The position numbers and the translations under genes are program-made. Under the pieces are notes generated by a model, which saw nothing but the letters and a program-made list of their open reading frames with translations, did no database searches and was not told where the DNA came from. Shown here in pieces: positions 1 through 13,229 of a stretch of DNA of 64,000 bases (its first letter is position 1; each line of letters starts with the position of its first letter). The DNA comes from Syncephalis fuscata S228. Its lineage: Eukaryota; Fungi; Zoopagomycota. The stretch lies in NCBI GenBank assembly GCA_025786725.1, contig JAHLTZ010000002.1, positions 931,841 through 995,840 of the forward strand, given 5' to 3'.

Positions 1-87
1 TACAACACTAGCAATAACGATAATATTTATGATCAATCTATAACATACTATATACTTACACAAACTATACATATATTGGTTGATTAG

Positions 88-177
88 GCATGGCCTATTC
101 CATCTGTGGTAGGCGCTACCGGTGGTTATACAGCTGGTCTATTAATCTCTTTACTTATAATGATGATATCTCCATAA
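88..177 (+). CDS. GPI11: GPI ethanolamine-phosphate transferase subunit PIG-F/Gpi11, last exon (gene starts before window)
   Basis: After acceptor ttag at 84-87 reads AWPIPSVVGATGGYTAGLLISLLIMMISP*, matching the PIG-F C-terminal WQxWPI..GA..GY pattern. Confidence 0.75.
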   Translation, partial: AWPIPSVVGATGGYTAGLLISLLIMMISP

Positions 178-509
178 TGCTAGCTATAGTTTGTTTTCAT
201 TTGATATAGTCATCGTTTTAAAAAGCATGCCTTGTACGGGGCTAATAAATAAGATAGCTTACTCTTTCTTAAGTAACTTTGTTATTTCATACAATTAATT
301 AATTAAATTCAATAAAATGATCCATTGTATATTTGCTTCAAAATAACAACGAAAGAAAATTTGGCAGACGGGAGTTATCCCCCGTTTATTCTCGCACGTA
401 CATGTCGCGTCCAAGGACAACGAGCGCACCATGTTACGTCCGCGCACTTAAGCAGTGGTTATAGTGACGAAAAACGATAAGCTCCATCAGTATGATCATC
501 TTTTATCGC

Positions 510-854
510 TTACTCAGACTTGGTAGCCTGACGCTTGCGCTCGAGAGCGGCAAGAGTACCGCGCATGGCAAAACGCTGGTTACGCAAGAACTTTGGGTCA
601 ACCTAAATACAAATAAAGATCATTCAAACAAATATATGCGTCAGTGAATAGTTATGAAAGCTAAAGCGCCATTCACGCTTATCCACACTTACACCCTTCT
701 TGGAGGCGTGACGGAAGCACTGTGGGCGCTTGATACCGTTGCGGTGCGCCTTGCGGTCTATAAATAGTATATTAGTATTGCTGTGTATGTATGAAAAATC
801 TATATGCAAACACTTACTTTGGTTGTGGTTGGTGTGGTTCTTGGACTTGGACAT
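510..854 (-). CDS. RPL29: 60S ribosomal protein eL29 (coding exons 854-818, 757-693, 602-510; 5'UTR intron 1229-860)
   Basis: Spliced product [64 protein letters not shown]; canonical GT-AG sites. Confidence 0.97.
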
Positions 855-2755
855 GACGTCTATGACAAGAGAGAGAGCGGATACACGCGAATAGCAATAA
901 TACGGTTAGTCATATGCTGTTGTATGTAGTATGTGGTCACGTTTTATCAACTGTTCTCATAGATAATCGCAATATGGCAAGTTGCTTTTCTGCTTACAGT
1001 ATAGACAACTGACATATTCTATCCCACATGTATATAGTCGTGATTTCTATGTAGCATTTATGCAGTTCACTATATGTTCAAAGCATGCTTCATTTATCCG
1101 TCCATCCTCTATGCATCTATCCATTTGTGCATCGGTTCATCCATTCATCTATCCATCCATCCATCCATCCACCTGTCTACTTGTCTATATAACAAATAGC
1201 CAGCATGTCATGGCTCCTATGTGAATTACCTGATGGAACTGACGTTCGACCTTGCTTCGCTGAGAATAAAGTAGAAGCGCTAGAGAAGGGGTAGAAAGAC
1301 GGAAATCAAGCCAGGCCACTGAATACACTCAATGTGATGGCCCTCGTCCAATCACCGGGCTTGATGATATTGAATTAGTACTATCAATATTATCACCACA
1401 TAATGAAATCACTATCATTTGACTTGTAATATTACAAGTGTTATCAATGTATATTTATACAACAGTAAGTAGCGTAGCTACTGCTAATTACTTATACAGG
1501 CATTTTTAAAATAATAAAATCTAAACATTGTTATTATAAACATATAATTTACTTAATATTTTTATTTTATTAAACGAGATAAATAGCCTTAAAATATAAC
1601 CTAGAATATGCATATATATATATTCAACGTACAACACAGTGATTAGTTAGCTACTGCTTCTTATATTTTTATTGGTCGAATGGCTAGATAAATAGAATAT
1701 CTATATGTATTTAGTAACAATATTTACTGAATAGGCTTTAATTGCTTAAATCACATGCTATTTAAACTTGTACTGGCTATTATTCGATATTAAGTATTGT
1801 TCTTTAGTTATATCATGCTCTGTTGCTTTGGGCTGTCGATCATATTGCAATGATGCAATTTTGCTTAATTCATGTGAGAGTTTAATTTAAAGCACATGTA
1901 GATACCGGTTTGAATTCACTATATGTCAGCTCTTTGTACACATGACTTTTAGGATATATTCTTTATCTTCCCAAGGCTTGTGTTATTTACACGCAGTACT
2001 CATAATGCAGTATTCTAAAAGAGCTACTGCAAATACATTCAAGTATTCAAATTGCTTATGCACATGCAAGTGCCAATTGTAAAGTTATACAATGCGCTGT
2101 CTGCCGTGCCCATACTGCCTTCTTGGTACATGCAATGCACGACCACCTGTTTAGGATATCATTGACTGATGGACACCAGTACAAGACAAGTTAAATGTAC
2201 GTAATACTGCTTTTTTATGAATTCCGCATTGACGGAGCGGCATGCCATTACAAATAAATAAATAAATATTATTATTCGATCTGCAAACTTGTGTATAGAT
2301 TTCTGTTTTTTATTATTGATTACTGTTCTTTATTCTTTGCGTCGTGTCAAATTGGAATTAGTCTTTATCTTCTCTATGAAACCATAGAGCTAACCATAAT
2401 ATAGAACCTGTTTATGCATTCACATTTTGGGAACACGCGACCAATAAAATACTGCACAAGCGGTGAGAATACAGTGCAGATTTTCGCAGCAACACACACA
2501 ATTGGGAATATTAGATGCACAAACTTGGTGACAAATTTATGGTATATCACGCTATTGCTGCACTTACTTTATATTATTTATCATCTGACTCACCATAATT
2601 ATATACAAGTTGCTGTTTTATACTTTATTATCTTCCACCGATATATACGATCATTGAACGCAATCCACCAAATTTACTCACTTTACGTTTACGCCCACTT
2701 TCTATTTAATCGCTAGCTAACTCTTTTCTAATTAATAGCTTGCTACTGATACGAA

Positions 2756-3746
2756 ATGTCGAACGAAAATATCTCCGGCAAATTAAACGGAATAGAATAC
2801 TGGGCAAATAGCGATGACATCACAGTAGTTCGTGAACGGTCTATCGCTGTACATATGCAAATTCTATCCAATGTAATGCTATTGCTATTATTTATACGTA
2901 ATACAAAGCGCGCTCTTGTTATGGTAGTACGTCGTTCCAACAAACTAGCGCCTTGGTGCTGCCTTATTGCCACTTCAATTGGTGTTTTATTCTTTGGAGG
3001 ATTTACGATGGCGCACCATATGCCCGGTGGTCCTTCCTGCATCCAAGTTATTTGGTGCTCTATCATCTGTCTAACTACATCGACTATTGCTGTCAATACG
3101 CTACTATTGGAGCGTGCTTATTTGGCACACTGCTGTAATCGTTGGGTACTGGTCATGGGTATACTTTTTATTGCACCTGCCCCAGTACTCATTTATCTAA
3201 ACTGGATAAAAATCCATGCAACATTTAGTCACAAGGCAGCCTGCTACGCCGATTATCCTCACTATTTTCCATATGTCCGCGCTGCACTTGATGCACCGCC
3301 CAATATTGTGTTTTCCCTATCGTTTATTAGTGTTATTTATCGACAATATCGCCGCTATGGTGGCCAATGCTGGGCAAATTTGGTACACGATGGTGTCGTT
3401 GTTATGATGTTGGTTGTCACTTCAAATTTAGTCTGCTTCATTGGCAATGTGATAAGTGTTTTTGGAGAAGCTACTGATTACCTTTATGTCATCGACTGGT
3501 AAGTTGTTGGAATAGTTGTTCTTTACTATTATAAACAAACACTAATAGATATGATACAGGGCCATCACAACAACTCTATTGGTACACAATGCCGAAACTA
3601 TAAGAGCTTCACCACAAACTCCAATAGTGGTAGAAAGACTCCCGATGCAAAGAATAGCAAATGTGCTTCCCTTCAATTTAACTCTACGCGATCTAGATAC
3701 CGACTTTTACACAACACAGAAAACAAATATTTCATCCTACTTATAA
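2756..3746 (+). CDS. Multi-pass membrane protein, putative 7TM/GPCR-like receptor (exons 2756-3498, 3560-3746)
   Basis: About six to seven hydrophobic helices, LLLERAY after TM3, Cys in extracellular loops; the intron splits a TGG codon and the frame continues to TAA at 3744-3746. Confidence 0.6.
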
Positions 3747-4066
3747 GTAAACTTTTTTACATTTGTTGGTTAGTCAATGCATAACTTTTGGTAACATTTG
3801 ACACTTTAATCACATCATTTAATACTATAATTCTTTGTATTATAATGATTCAACAGTAGCCTTTTTAATACTATACAATAAACTATAACATTTCATTTAA
3901 TTTATTAATGTTACTTTAGTTTGCTCAAACACTATTAAAACATTTACATAATTTAATGAATGGTACAATAGTATTTTGTATAATAAAAGACCACTTTATT
4001 ATCTATAGTCTATGATTCATACTAAATTAAATGTTAGGCCACTTACGAGTCGTGATATTGCTATGA

Positions 4067-4872
4067 TTAATCTCTTACCTTGCGCGCCTCCATGCCTTCA
4101 GGTGGCACTACGTCGACCTGTTTGTGGCCGACTTCCTCCCAATTGGTGCTTAATGATGTGCCGCCACTTTCTGTAAACGATTTGATCATAGCACGTCGTG
4201 TATCAGGGTCGGCGTTAGCGTAGATTTGTTGGAACAACTGGTTGACCTCGTCTCCTCCAGCTTCCTTATCCTGCTCCGTTTCACGGACAACTTTATCCCA
4301 GTTTGTTGTTTTACGCGCTGAAGTAGGATAGCTGGGTGGCATATCGGCTATGATCAATGCTGTGTCATCAACAATTTACTTGTAAATCACACACTATCTT
4401 ACCAGTAGCTGAATTGTACGTGGTAGACTGTGATGCATCATCATCTGCTCCCTCTAGTTTACTCCATTTTATGCCAGAAGTGGATTTTTTTAATTTGATT
4501 TCAATCTTAGAGCCAAGTATTTGAAAGAACTTTCTTGCTTGTTGACAGGATGGTTCAAAGGCTCAATATCTAGCACGTATTCAGATCCACTTGGTAAGCG
4601 AGCATTGATAGACAGCTAGTGGCCCGACTGTTAGATTGCTCTACACACAAATACACGCTACTTTTTGTTTATAATGCCTACCGACTGATGATTGATGGCT
4701 ATGTCTACATCCTGAGCTTGCAACTGTTTGGCAAACACTTCAACAGTGACGTAATCGTCACTTTGGTACCATTCATGTCTGTATTTCTACTGTGTAAGTA
4801 CAGGATTTGCCTCATCTAGACAGATGGCGATAGTGCAATTTTGACTTACCGGATTTTCGCTGAATCAGCCAT
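4067..4872 (-). CDS. SGT1: Hsp90 co-chaperone Sgt1 (CS + SGS domains, no TPR); one apparent frameshift at ~4522
   Basis: CS domain start KIRHEWYQSDDYVTVEVFAK, KIEIKLKK..GIKWSKLE; SGS motif NQLFQQIYANADPDTRRAMIKSFTESGGTSLSTNWEEV. Confidence 0.93.
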
Positions 4873-6402
4873 AATGAATAGATTCACAAGTAGTAGGAAA
4901 GTAAAGATAGATTAAAAAGGGAAAGCAGCTATCAACAAATAGGTTGATTTGATTAAATTGCACCATATATCAACTTATAGAAATTATAGCATATAACAAA
5001 AGTTCAAAGTAAAGATTAAATTAATCAATGTGCTATTGTTTTTATATTGAAATAAATAAACTTTTAGGCTTTGAATTCAAGTACTTTTATTATTACGTAT
5101 TGCCATTAAATCATGTGTCTAACAATGATCAGTTCAAAGCATAGCAATTCTTTAAAGTTATAGCTTTGAAACTTAATATACATGTGCCTTAGACAATAAT
5201 CTTTCTATTTATAAACGCAACCAGGTTATCCGATAACCATGTGGTACCTTTTTTATTATTGAAACTAAATACGCCAATGGTTTATCTACTTGTTCTTATT
5301 GTATACATGCCTTCTGAAAAGAAACTAAAGCCTAAATAACGGCTGAGGTGCCTTATAAGTGATGCACAAAGCTTGTCCATTTGGCTAGATTATTTCCATG
5401 CTAACAGTTTATGTTAAATTAATACTGGAGTGAATTAAACCAATAATCTTTTGCACTAGTCTATAAAGAGTTTAAATGTCTAACCAGCCTTTTATAAAGC
5501 TATAAGCTTTTGTTAATTGCTAAATAATTAACGTATTTTTGAGCAATGTAAAATATACCAAAAAGTCCACAGGATTGTTTCATTAAAACTGATACTGTAG
5601 CCTTTGTCGTACACATTAGAAAGATTTAGACGTTTTATTCGCATGTGTGTATTAAACATACCGTTTTTATGGCTAGTATCCATATATAACAGCAATTGAT
5701 TATTATTATCGGAGTTTATATTTAATTAATGCAATTGCAAGTGTGGGTTGCACTTTTAAAATTGTTTAGCTGCAGTGGCTACTTTTTAAAGCGTGTGTTA
5801 TAGAGAAGTGTACGCTGAACACATTGTTGCAGGTAGTATTTGACTTGCAGACGATGTACCTCAATATTCTTTATTAATTTTAAACCAGTAAATTTTAAAT
5901 AGTATTCAAACACGGAGTGTGGAAAAAGTTTTTGTCGCCTTGCCAGTCATTGCCATTTCAAAAAGGCCTGGACTCCGTGCCTTTCTTGCCTAAGTTAGTT
6001 CTTTTCTCGTGCACCTCTTTCTACATTGTTTCTAAGCCACATATTGTATATTCCAAACCCTAAGTACTCACCTCGTGGCTTTTAAAAAAAATCAACAAGT
6101 CTCGAGACTTTTCTTTAAATATGGAGTGTAAAGAAGCGCCTTTTGTGGCCAAGTATAACCACGCCCCTCCTGAATTTTCCAACTCTAATTCAAATCAACC
6201 TACAGCCGGACGACCCACTCTAGCCACTGCTGGTAACAATTCATCCCTATTACACTCAACAGATTCAGTTTTTCTTTTTGATAATCAAGATACAGCAAAA
6301 GAATACAATTATTTATCAAAGCAAGATTTATATTACCAAAACCGATTATCAACATTTTTCTTTAAAACAAAAAAGCGAATCAACCACTTTTACACGTATA
6401 TC

Positions 6403-7898
6403 ATGAATACCTTTTTTGCATACCGAATGGCGTTACCGGCCCTTCTTTCAATTGCTGGCATGGTAGCACTCGTCTATGGTAATGCCATTCCCGAGGCCAC
6501 GCTTACCGCTCCGTTCGACATTAATCAAGTGCCAGGCAGCAGTGCCGGCGGCGAATTTGGACTCCAAGGCTATGACTACTGCCAGGCCAGCTACCCAAAT
6601 AATACACAATACGAACCACTGTCGGCAACCGCCAAGCTAGTGCATCTCCAAACGGTTATCCGCCATGGTGATCGCTCCCCTGTATCGAATGTTTTGCCAA
6701 ATGAGCTGGCTGACTGGCGTTGTGACGACATGGTCGAAATGTCACGCACAGATGGCAGCAAGGTCAACGTTGATGTGGCCCATGGCCCAGATGTTGCTGG
6801 CTACAGCACACGTATTACTATTCCAGACAAAAAAGCCTATAATAACACAATTTGGTCAAAGGGCAGCTGTATCCTTGGCCAGTTGACCGGCAAAGGTGCT
6901 CGTCAGCATATGGATCTAGGCAAGAATTTCCGCTCAATCTACGTCGATCAGCTTAAATATTTGCCGGCCACCATCACTAAAGATGACCTTACTTGGAATG
7001 GCGAGCCTGGTGGCAATGTGTATTTCCGTAGCACAGATTTCTGGCGCACTAGACAGTCGGCTGCTTCTTTCCTTACAGGTGCTTGGCCCAGCAAGGATGC
7101 CCGTTCCGAAGATGCGCAAACATTCCCAATTGCCGTGTATCCAGCAGAGGTTGAAACCATGTACGGCCACATGAACGGCGACTGTCCTCGCCTTAAGCAA
7201 ATGAAGACAATATGCGCAAGACAGATCAATTCCAAGCTGTCTTTGCACGTCACAAGTCACTACGTGACCGTTTGGAAAACATACTTGGCACTGGAGGCAT
7301 AGCAAAGTACAAGGATACGTGGATTAAATACATGGATCCTCTCCGTGCTCGCGCTTGCCACAACATGGAGCTACCATGCCTTAAAGGCCAGTGTTTATCC
7401 GTCCGTGATGCCTACGAGTTGAACCAGGGCGTTAACGAGGAAACTGCTATGCTACGTGGTGCATTGCCCGATGCTCACGAGTACAATCGTCTTAGCTTGG
7501 GCTATTTCATGAGCGAATTACGCGACCGTTTGATGGATGCCGTCAATGGATTTTCAACGATGTCCGGTGGTGACACGGGCTCTGCAGCCATGCTACCGCC
7601 TAAATTCGAGCTATTCTCTGGCCACGACGATACAGTTTACGGATTAATTGGACTGCTACTTGCCAAGGATCTTCGCTGGCCACCTTATGCCTCTAACTTG
7701 ATCTTCGAGTTGTGGCAAGAACCAAAGCCAAACACGAAGCCACGTGATCCTAGCAACTACGTTGTCCGTATCATTTACAACGGTCGTCCACTTGCCGCTG
7801 ACTGGTGCGACTTTAAGGCTTGTCCATTGCCCAAATACCTGGAACACATTGAGAAGCATATTGAACGCGATCTGCCCAATGCTTGCAAAGCAAAATAA
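6403..7898 (+). CDS. Secreted histidine acid phosphatase (branch 2), intronless; apparent frameshift at ~7204
   Basis: Signal peptide, RHGDRSP catalytic motif, RSTDFWRT and FSGHDDT; two overlapping ORFs joined by one missing base. Confidence 0.9.
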
Positions 7899-8678
7899 TT
7901 ATACGATAAACTAATCATAATAATTCATGTTTTATTTTAAATAAATCGGTTTCTGTCACAATCATATTTAATAATATCAAGTATATAGTCTTTTTACTCT
8001 TCTAACATGCTTTCTATCTTTACAGCAGCTATAATGTTTATATTCTCAACTTTATACGTATAGAATAACTATTAGTGGATAGCTTATAATTAGATAATGA
8101 AGAATAGCAATAACATACCTTATTTTTACGATGATATTTTATACTTATTACATTTATTTTACTTGAGCATTATAAAGCATTAAACATGTTACGATTAATT
8201 ATATTTGATAAAACTATGCACTAATTACATACTATGGCATGCGTACCAACAATTTAACATTAATCGACTATATACTAACCAATTCTGCGTACTATATATA
8301 TGAATAACATACCATTAATAGGTCGTAGATGATATTGTATACGGTAGAATTATATAATGATTATGTAATATATATTATGTGTATTTATAAACATAGAATA
8401 ATTAGTAAATCTCAAACATTAGCATTTGTAGCATAGTTGGTTCAATAAAACAAATATTAGTTCAGTTGCATAATATTATTAAATGTAGTCATTTCATAAT
8501 AAAACTATGTTAAATGGCTGACTAATAAAGTGCTTATAAATAATGAAGTGCATAATAGTGTTAAATAAATTAGTTCCAATGTTATTTATTGCAGGTGCAC
8601 TAAAGACGACTATCTCACCGCTATTCTTATTGTCAAATCTACATGAACATCATTTAAATATAACTGGGTGCAATTTAT

Positions 8679-10222
8679 TCAATCAATTAGATTCAATTGT
8701 TCCTCCGTCTGTTCCTCCGGTAGTGGTAGACGAGGAGCCCACATATTTGGCGGCAAATAAACATAGGCAGCTGCATAGCTGACCGAACTTTCGGATGAAC
8801 GCATAACTCGGTTGGATTGTGCGTAGCGTGTAAAACGAATAGTTGGAATGTCGTCCCGATGATGTTTGTACCGGCTAGTAAAGCCTCGACAGCTGCACGC
8901 ATCTCGGCCGAAGGCTGTGGCCGATCACTGCCACTACTAACGCTGCTCGCATCGCCTCCTCCGCCATTACGATTATCGCCACGACTACCTTCTGCATCCT
9001 CAGGGCTGCCCGTATGAAGTTGAGACACCGCCCATAGCAATACAGCAATTGGATGGCGTCCACAAATAGTATTACGGGATCGCTTCAAATAATCGTGAAA
9101 GATGCGTGGATCCAATTCCTCAATAAGTCGCATACCTTCACGATCTAACCGTTCAATACACGAATGAATAGGTACTGTGTAGACCGAGAAGTGGCTAGTT
9201 GTACTCGGGGCCTGACTTGGTGGATCGGCAACCGTATAGAACGTGTAAGAGAATCGTTTACCCCTTTATAAGCATTATAGTAAATTATAAAATGGTTATA
9301 CAATTAATATACTATCAAATGCCATCATCATCATCATCATCATCACTTACCAATGGCAGAAATCGATGAAATGATAAATAGATTGGCTGGATCGGCAAGA
9401 TATGGTGCAAGTAATTTACCATAGAATTCTTCTCTTAATCGATTAAGTGCACCGATTAATATAGGCACAATTGTATACTCGTCCTTTTTACTAATTGACA
9501 GTTAATAACGACGATGCTACTGCTTGTCACAACACTTACCTTTCCATCATCTTATAAATATACGGCAAGTGCATTTCAATACTATGCTCATCTTCGTCGG
9601 TCCCTTCCGACATTATTTCAAACTGTCCCGTTGCTTTCAGCTCTTCAATAACTATACAATAATAAATAGGCTATTTTTAGTCAATTAGTCATGTTACCTT
9701 CTGAATCTAGCTTCAATGTCCCTAATGGCGTGCTATACTCTGTAAAACTCGATACAGCACATCCCGACATGTAGACATGATGCGATGGACCAAGAATAAA
9801 AATACGTTTTCTGCTTATCATTAATAAACCGCTATCTATAGGCTCATTAAAACTTACACAAAGCTTGGATCGATACATTTGTAGGCATAGGCGGCCGTCT
9901 CGCCACTGTAGGCATAGCCAGCGTGTCTATTGATAGCCATCATGAATATAGTCATTAGTAAACTGATGTCAGACAGCTATGCTGTTATTCCACCTACGGT
10001 GCTATAATCGCCCGTGCATTCTGTACCGGTACCGCTATATCCTCCTCGGTACGCGACGGCACGACCTGTAGCCACTGTTGCAATTCGCGATCTAGCTTGG
10101 TTGCTTGATAGACGCAGTGCCTCTTACAATAAGCAAGCCGAACCATCGTATACCTATAACGTCTGCTACCTACCATCATCGGTGTACCAAGAACCGGCAT
10201 GGGTTGCTTTGCGCGTAGTCAT
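8679..10222 (-). CDS. MEMO1: MEMO1-family protein (multi-exon); apparent frameshift at ~8881
   Basis: [46 protein letters not shown], and after restoring one base [16 protein letters not shown]. Confidence 0.93.
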
Positions 10223-10600
10223 GATGATAAAAACAAGCTGCAAGGAGTGTTTTAGTAAAAAAAAGTACCCCCACGCTAGTACTGTGACTGATACGACGAT
10301 GCTGTTATAACAGCAAAATACACGTCAAAATAGCTAGAAAGACTTGTCACTATCAAGTATGACCAGTTTAGAGATAGATATCGTATGGTTCTTCCATCCG
10401 CTGTTCTAACTGTGTGACGTACAGAAGTATAGTATTTGCCATTTCAGACAAATAGACAAATTGCCGAATATTCGCAATTTTACCGATAGCTATTACTAAT
10501 TTAAGGCCGGTGTATTATTAATGGCTTATCCATTGTTTCTGTATATTTTCTGGTCAGCGGAGATACAACGCTGCTCTGAACTTCCGACCATTTTTCCACT

Positions 10601-12575
10601 ATGACTCACGGCACAAGTGTGCGAACATTGTTTACTAAGCTTACTCTTTCGTATTTATTTGTTTGTTTGTTGTTGGTTGTTAACTTGTCTATTTGATTAT
10701 TGTGTTGTTGGTAGGAATGTCGTCCAATAGCCATAATAATCATGGTACTTTCAATAATGCCTTTTTATTTTTAAATGAAGAGGAAAATAGAACAGCTACA
10801 GAAACTCGTTTACCGAACCGTTGCTCTACACCGCCAGCCGAGGAGAAAGAAACGGCTCGACAGTTATTTGCACTGGCATTACGGGTACGTGATCTACTTG
10901 TACTGGCCGATACAGCTACAGTGGCAGAATGGCGCTCGACTGAATTGGTCGCATCATGGAAGCTTGTAATACGTTTCACTCAAAAACTGGCTTGTTTATC
11001 AGCTGCTCAGCGCTGTGCGCTTTGTATCCAATTACGTCCACATCTTAAGCCAAGTACAATATGCAGCGATGAAAATACAATTCAACGTGATGGCGATAAG
11101 CGTGAAGATAACAATCCATCTGGTGACTTGGTAAATGGTGTAACATTTTGCGAGTTAAGTCAAGCCGACAAGACATTGCAACGTCGGCTATCGGCCAATA
11201 GTCATTTGCGTAACTGTCTTTATGACCAGCTCCAGCGATTAGCAAAAACATCAACTGATCAATTTCGTGAAGTAATAGTTATGAGTACTAGTATCAAATG
11301 TTATCTAACTGCAATGATGATAGGCTGCAATACCAGCTGTTTTAGCTGATTGGGTGAGTGACTTTCAGGCAGAAATGCTAGTAGCATTTAGTGGTATTTA
11401 TCAACAAGCAAATCATCTTAAACAGTAGGTATTATTGATAATAGAAAGATAATTTATTCAAACTAACGACAATAGAACGATGAAGCAGCGAGCGCTTATT
11501 TTGGAATTGGAGTATAATCTATCGCGTCATACATCAATGAAGCGGGCATCTGCTACAATGTTGGCCTGTCGAATGCTGACAGAGCATCGAGTACAATCTG
11601 CTGCAGCTGTAACATTGACAACAACATCTAACAACAACAATAGTAATTTGAATGAACCTGTAATAAACAATACATTATGTGGATTCATGCAAAAATTAGG
11701 CAGGCTTTTAGATCATTCACCAGACATTTTGGTAATAATAATAATAATAATAATAACAATAGTTTATACAAAACTAATATAAAATTAAATAGGAAATTAT
11801 TTTAATGACTCTTTCCATTGGAGAAAGTGATTTAGCGTTGAAGAACTGTGCATCAGTGCATTGTTTAGAACCGAGTACTGAAACCATCACCGACAGTACA
11901 CCCAAAGATCTTAATGATGACAATCGTCAGAATAGTAGTTTGAATACAAAAGCTGTTACAGCATTGGAAGATAAATCAACAAAGAAAGAGAAAAGATGTC
12001 ATGTAGATTGGCAATCCTGTCGACAACAGTTACTCTATTGGCTATTAGCTCGATCAGATTCATGTAGTAGGCGTGTATATCAACTACACCCAGTTCTATT
12101 GGCCGAAGTAGCAGAGAGTCAACAGCCTTTTGCCAATGTCTATGCCGATCATTTATTAAAACTAACGAATGCTCAGTTAGAAGCAGTTCCTTCATCATTG
12201 AATGTTACAGACGCCAATGCAGCATCTATACCATCTAGAACACATATGGTATATTTATTACCCGGCATGATACCCACTACTGGTTCTGCCGCGTTAATCT
12301 ACGTTCCATTACGTGACTATTGGTGCTGTTTACTAACGAAGGGAGCACGGATGTGTCAACTGATTTGTCATCGCTTTACTCAGTTGTGTAGCTTATCATT
12401 AGAATCGGCCAACGAAACAAATACTAACACTACTAATACTACTACTGATAGTAATAATAATAATAATAGTAGTAGTAGTAGCCATAATAATGGTAGCTCT
12501 ATGAACGATCAACCAACTACCAAGATGGCTGCTTCATTAAAGCAGTATCTTATTAATCTTGGATTAGATTTGTAA
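10601..12575 (+). CDS. Probable Fanconi anemia group F (FANCF)-like protein, multi-exon
   Basis: Three blocks resemble human FANCF as recalled from memory: RVRDLLVLADTATVAEW, FCELSQADKTLQRRLSANSHL, LHPVLLAEVAESQQPFANVYADHL. Start codon and exon limits approximate. Confidence 0.55.
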
Positions 12576-13229
12576 ATGTTATTTGCCATTTGTTTTCATA
12601 CAATGATTAGTTTTTAGTATAATTAAAAATACTTAGCCATTTAATTAGTAAAAATATAGTAATAAATGCCGTGTTATAAATAAATGATTAATGCGATATT
12701 CTTGCTAGTTTTCCTATTAATTAAATTTGAATACATAAAATATAAAACAATGGAAAACAAGTAATTGAATGGCTATATTGCTATTTTTTATATGACAATA
12801 TAACGATAACATAGATAGTAAATGATGAATGACCATGTTATGACAATCACTATAGCATTAATAGGTGGCTCAATGACGAATAACAATTAACACATCACTA
12901 TTAGTAAATAATAATAATAGAGGATATGTAAAATGGCAATAATGTTGTGTGTTTGTAAGCATATCATTATGATGCATTAACTAATGCGCAAAAAGATGTA
13001 AAATTAGTCAATATCCTGATAAATTTGTCTTGTTTTCAAACAGTCCTTAGCTTGAACGATTATTGGAGCTAACCAGCTACCAATCATCCACGGTTCTTTT
13101 TTTAGACTCGATAGAATGTGGCACGTGTCTATACAACTCAGGTTATAAATCCACTTTTTAATTGGACCACCGCTCTCATTTACTCCCATCTTATCTATAT
13201 TTTCGTTTTGTTCTAAATTGTCTATCAGT

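Noticed and set aside
360-500. GC-rich, hairpin-prone segment downstream of RPL29 as an ncRNA or SECIS
   Set aside because: Only one short hairpin (ACGGGAG..CCCCGT) is clear; no box motifs, no SECIS core and no in-frame UGA in the gene.
6121-6402. 94-aa N-terminal extension of the phosphatase given in the ORF track
   Set aside because: AT-rich UTR-like sequence; the signal peptide follows the ATG at 6403.
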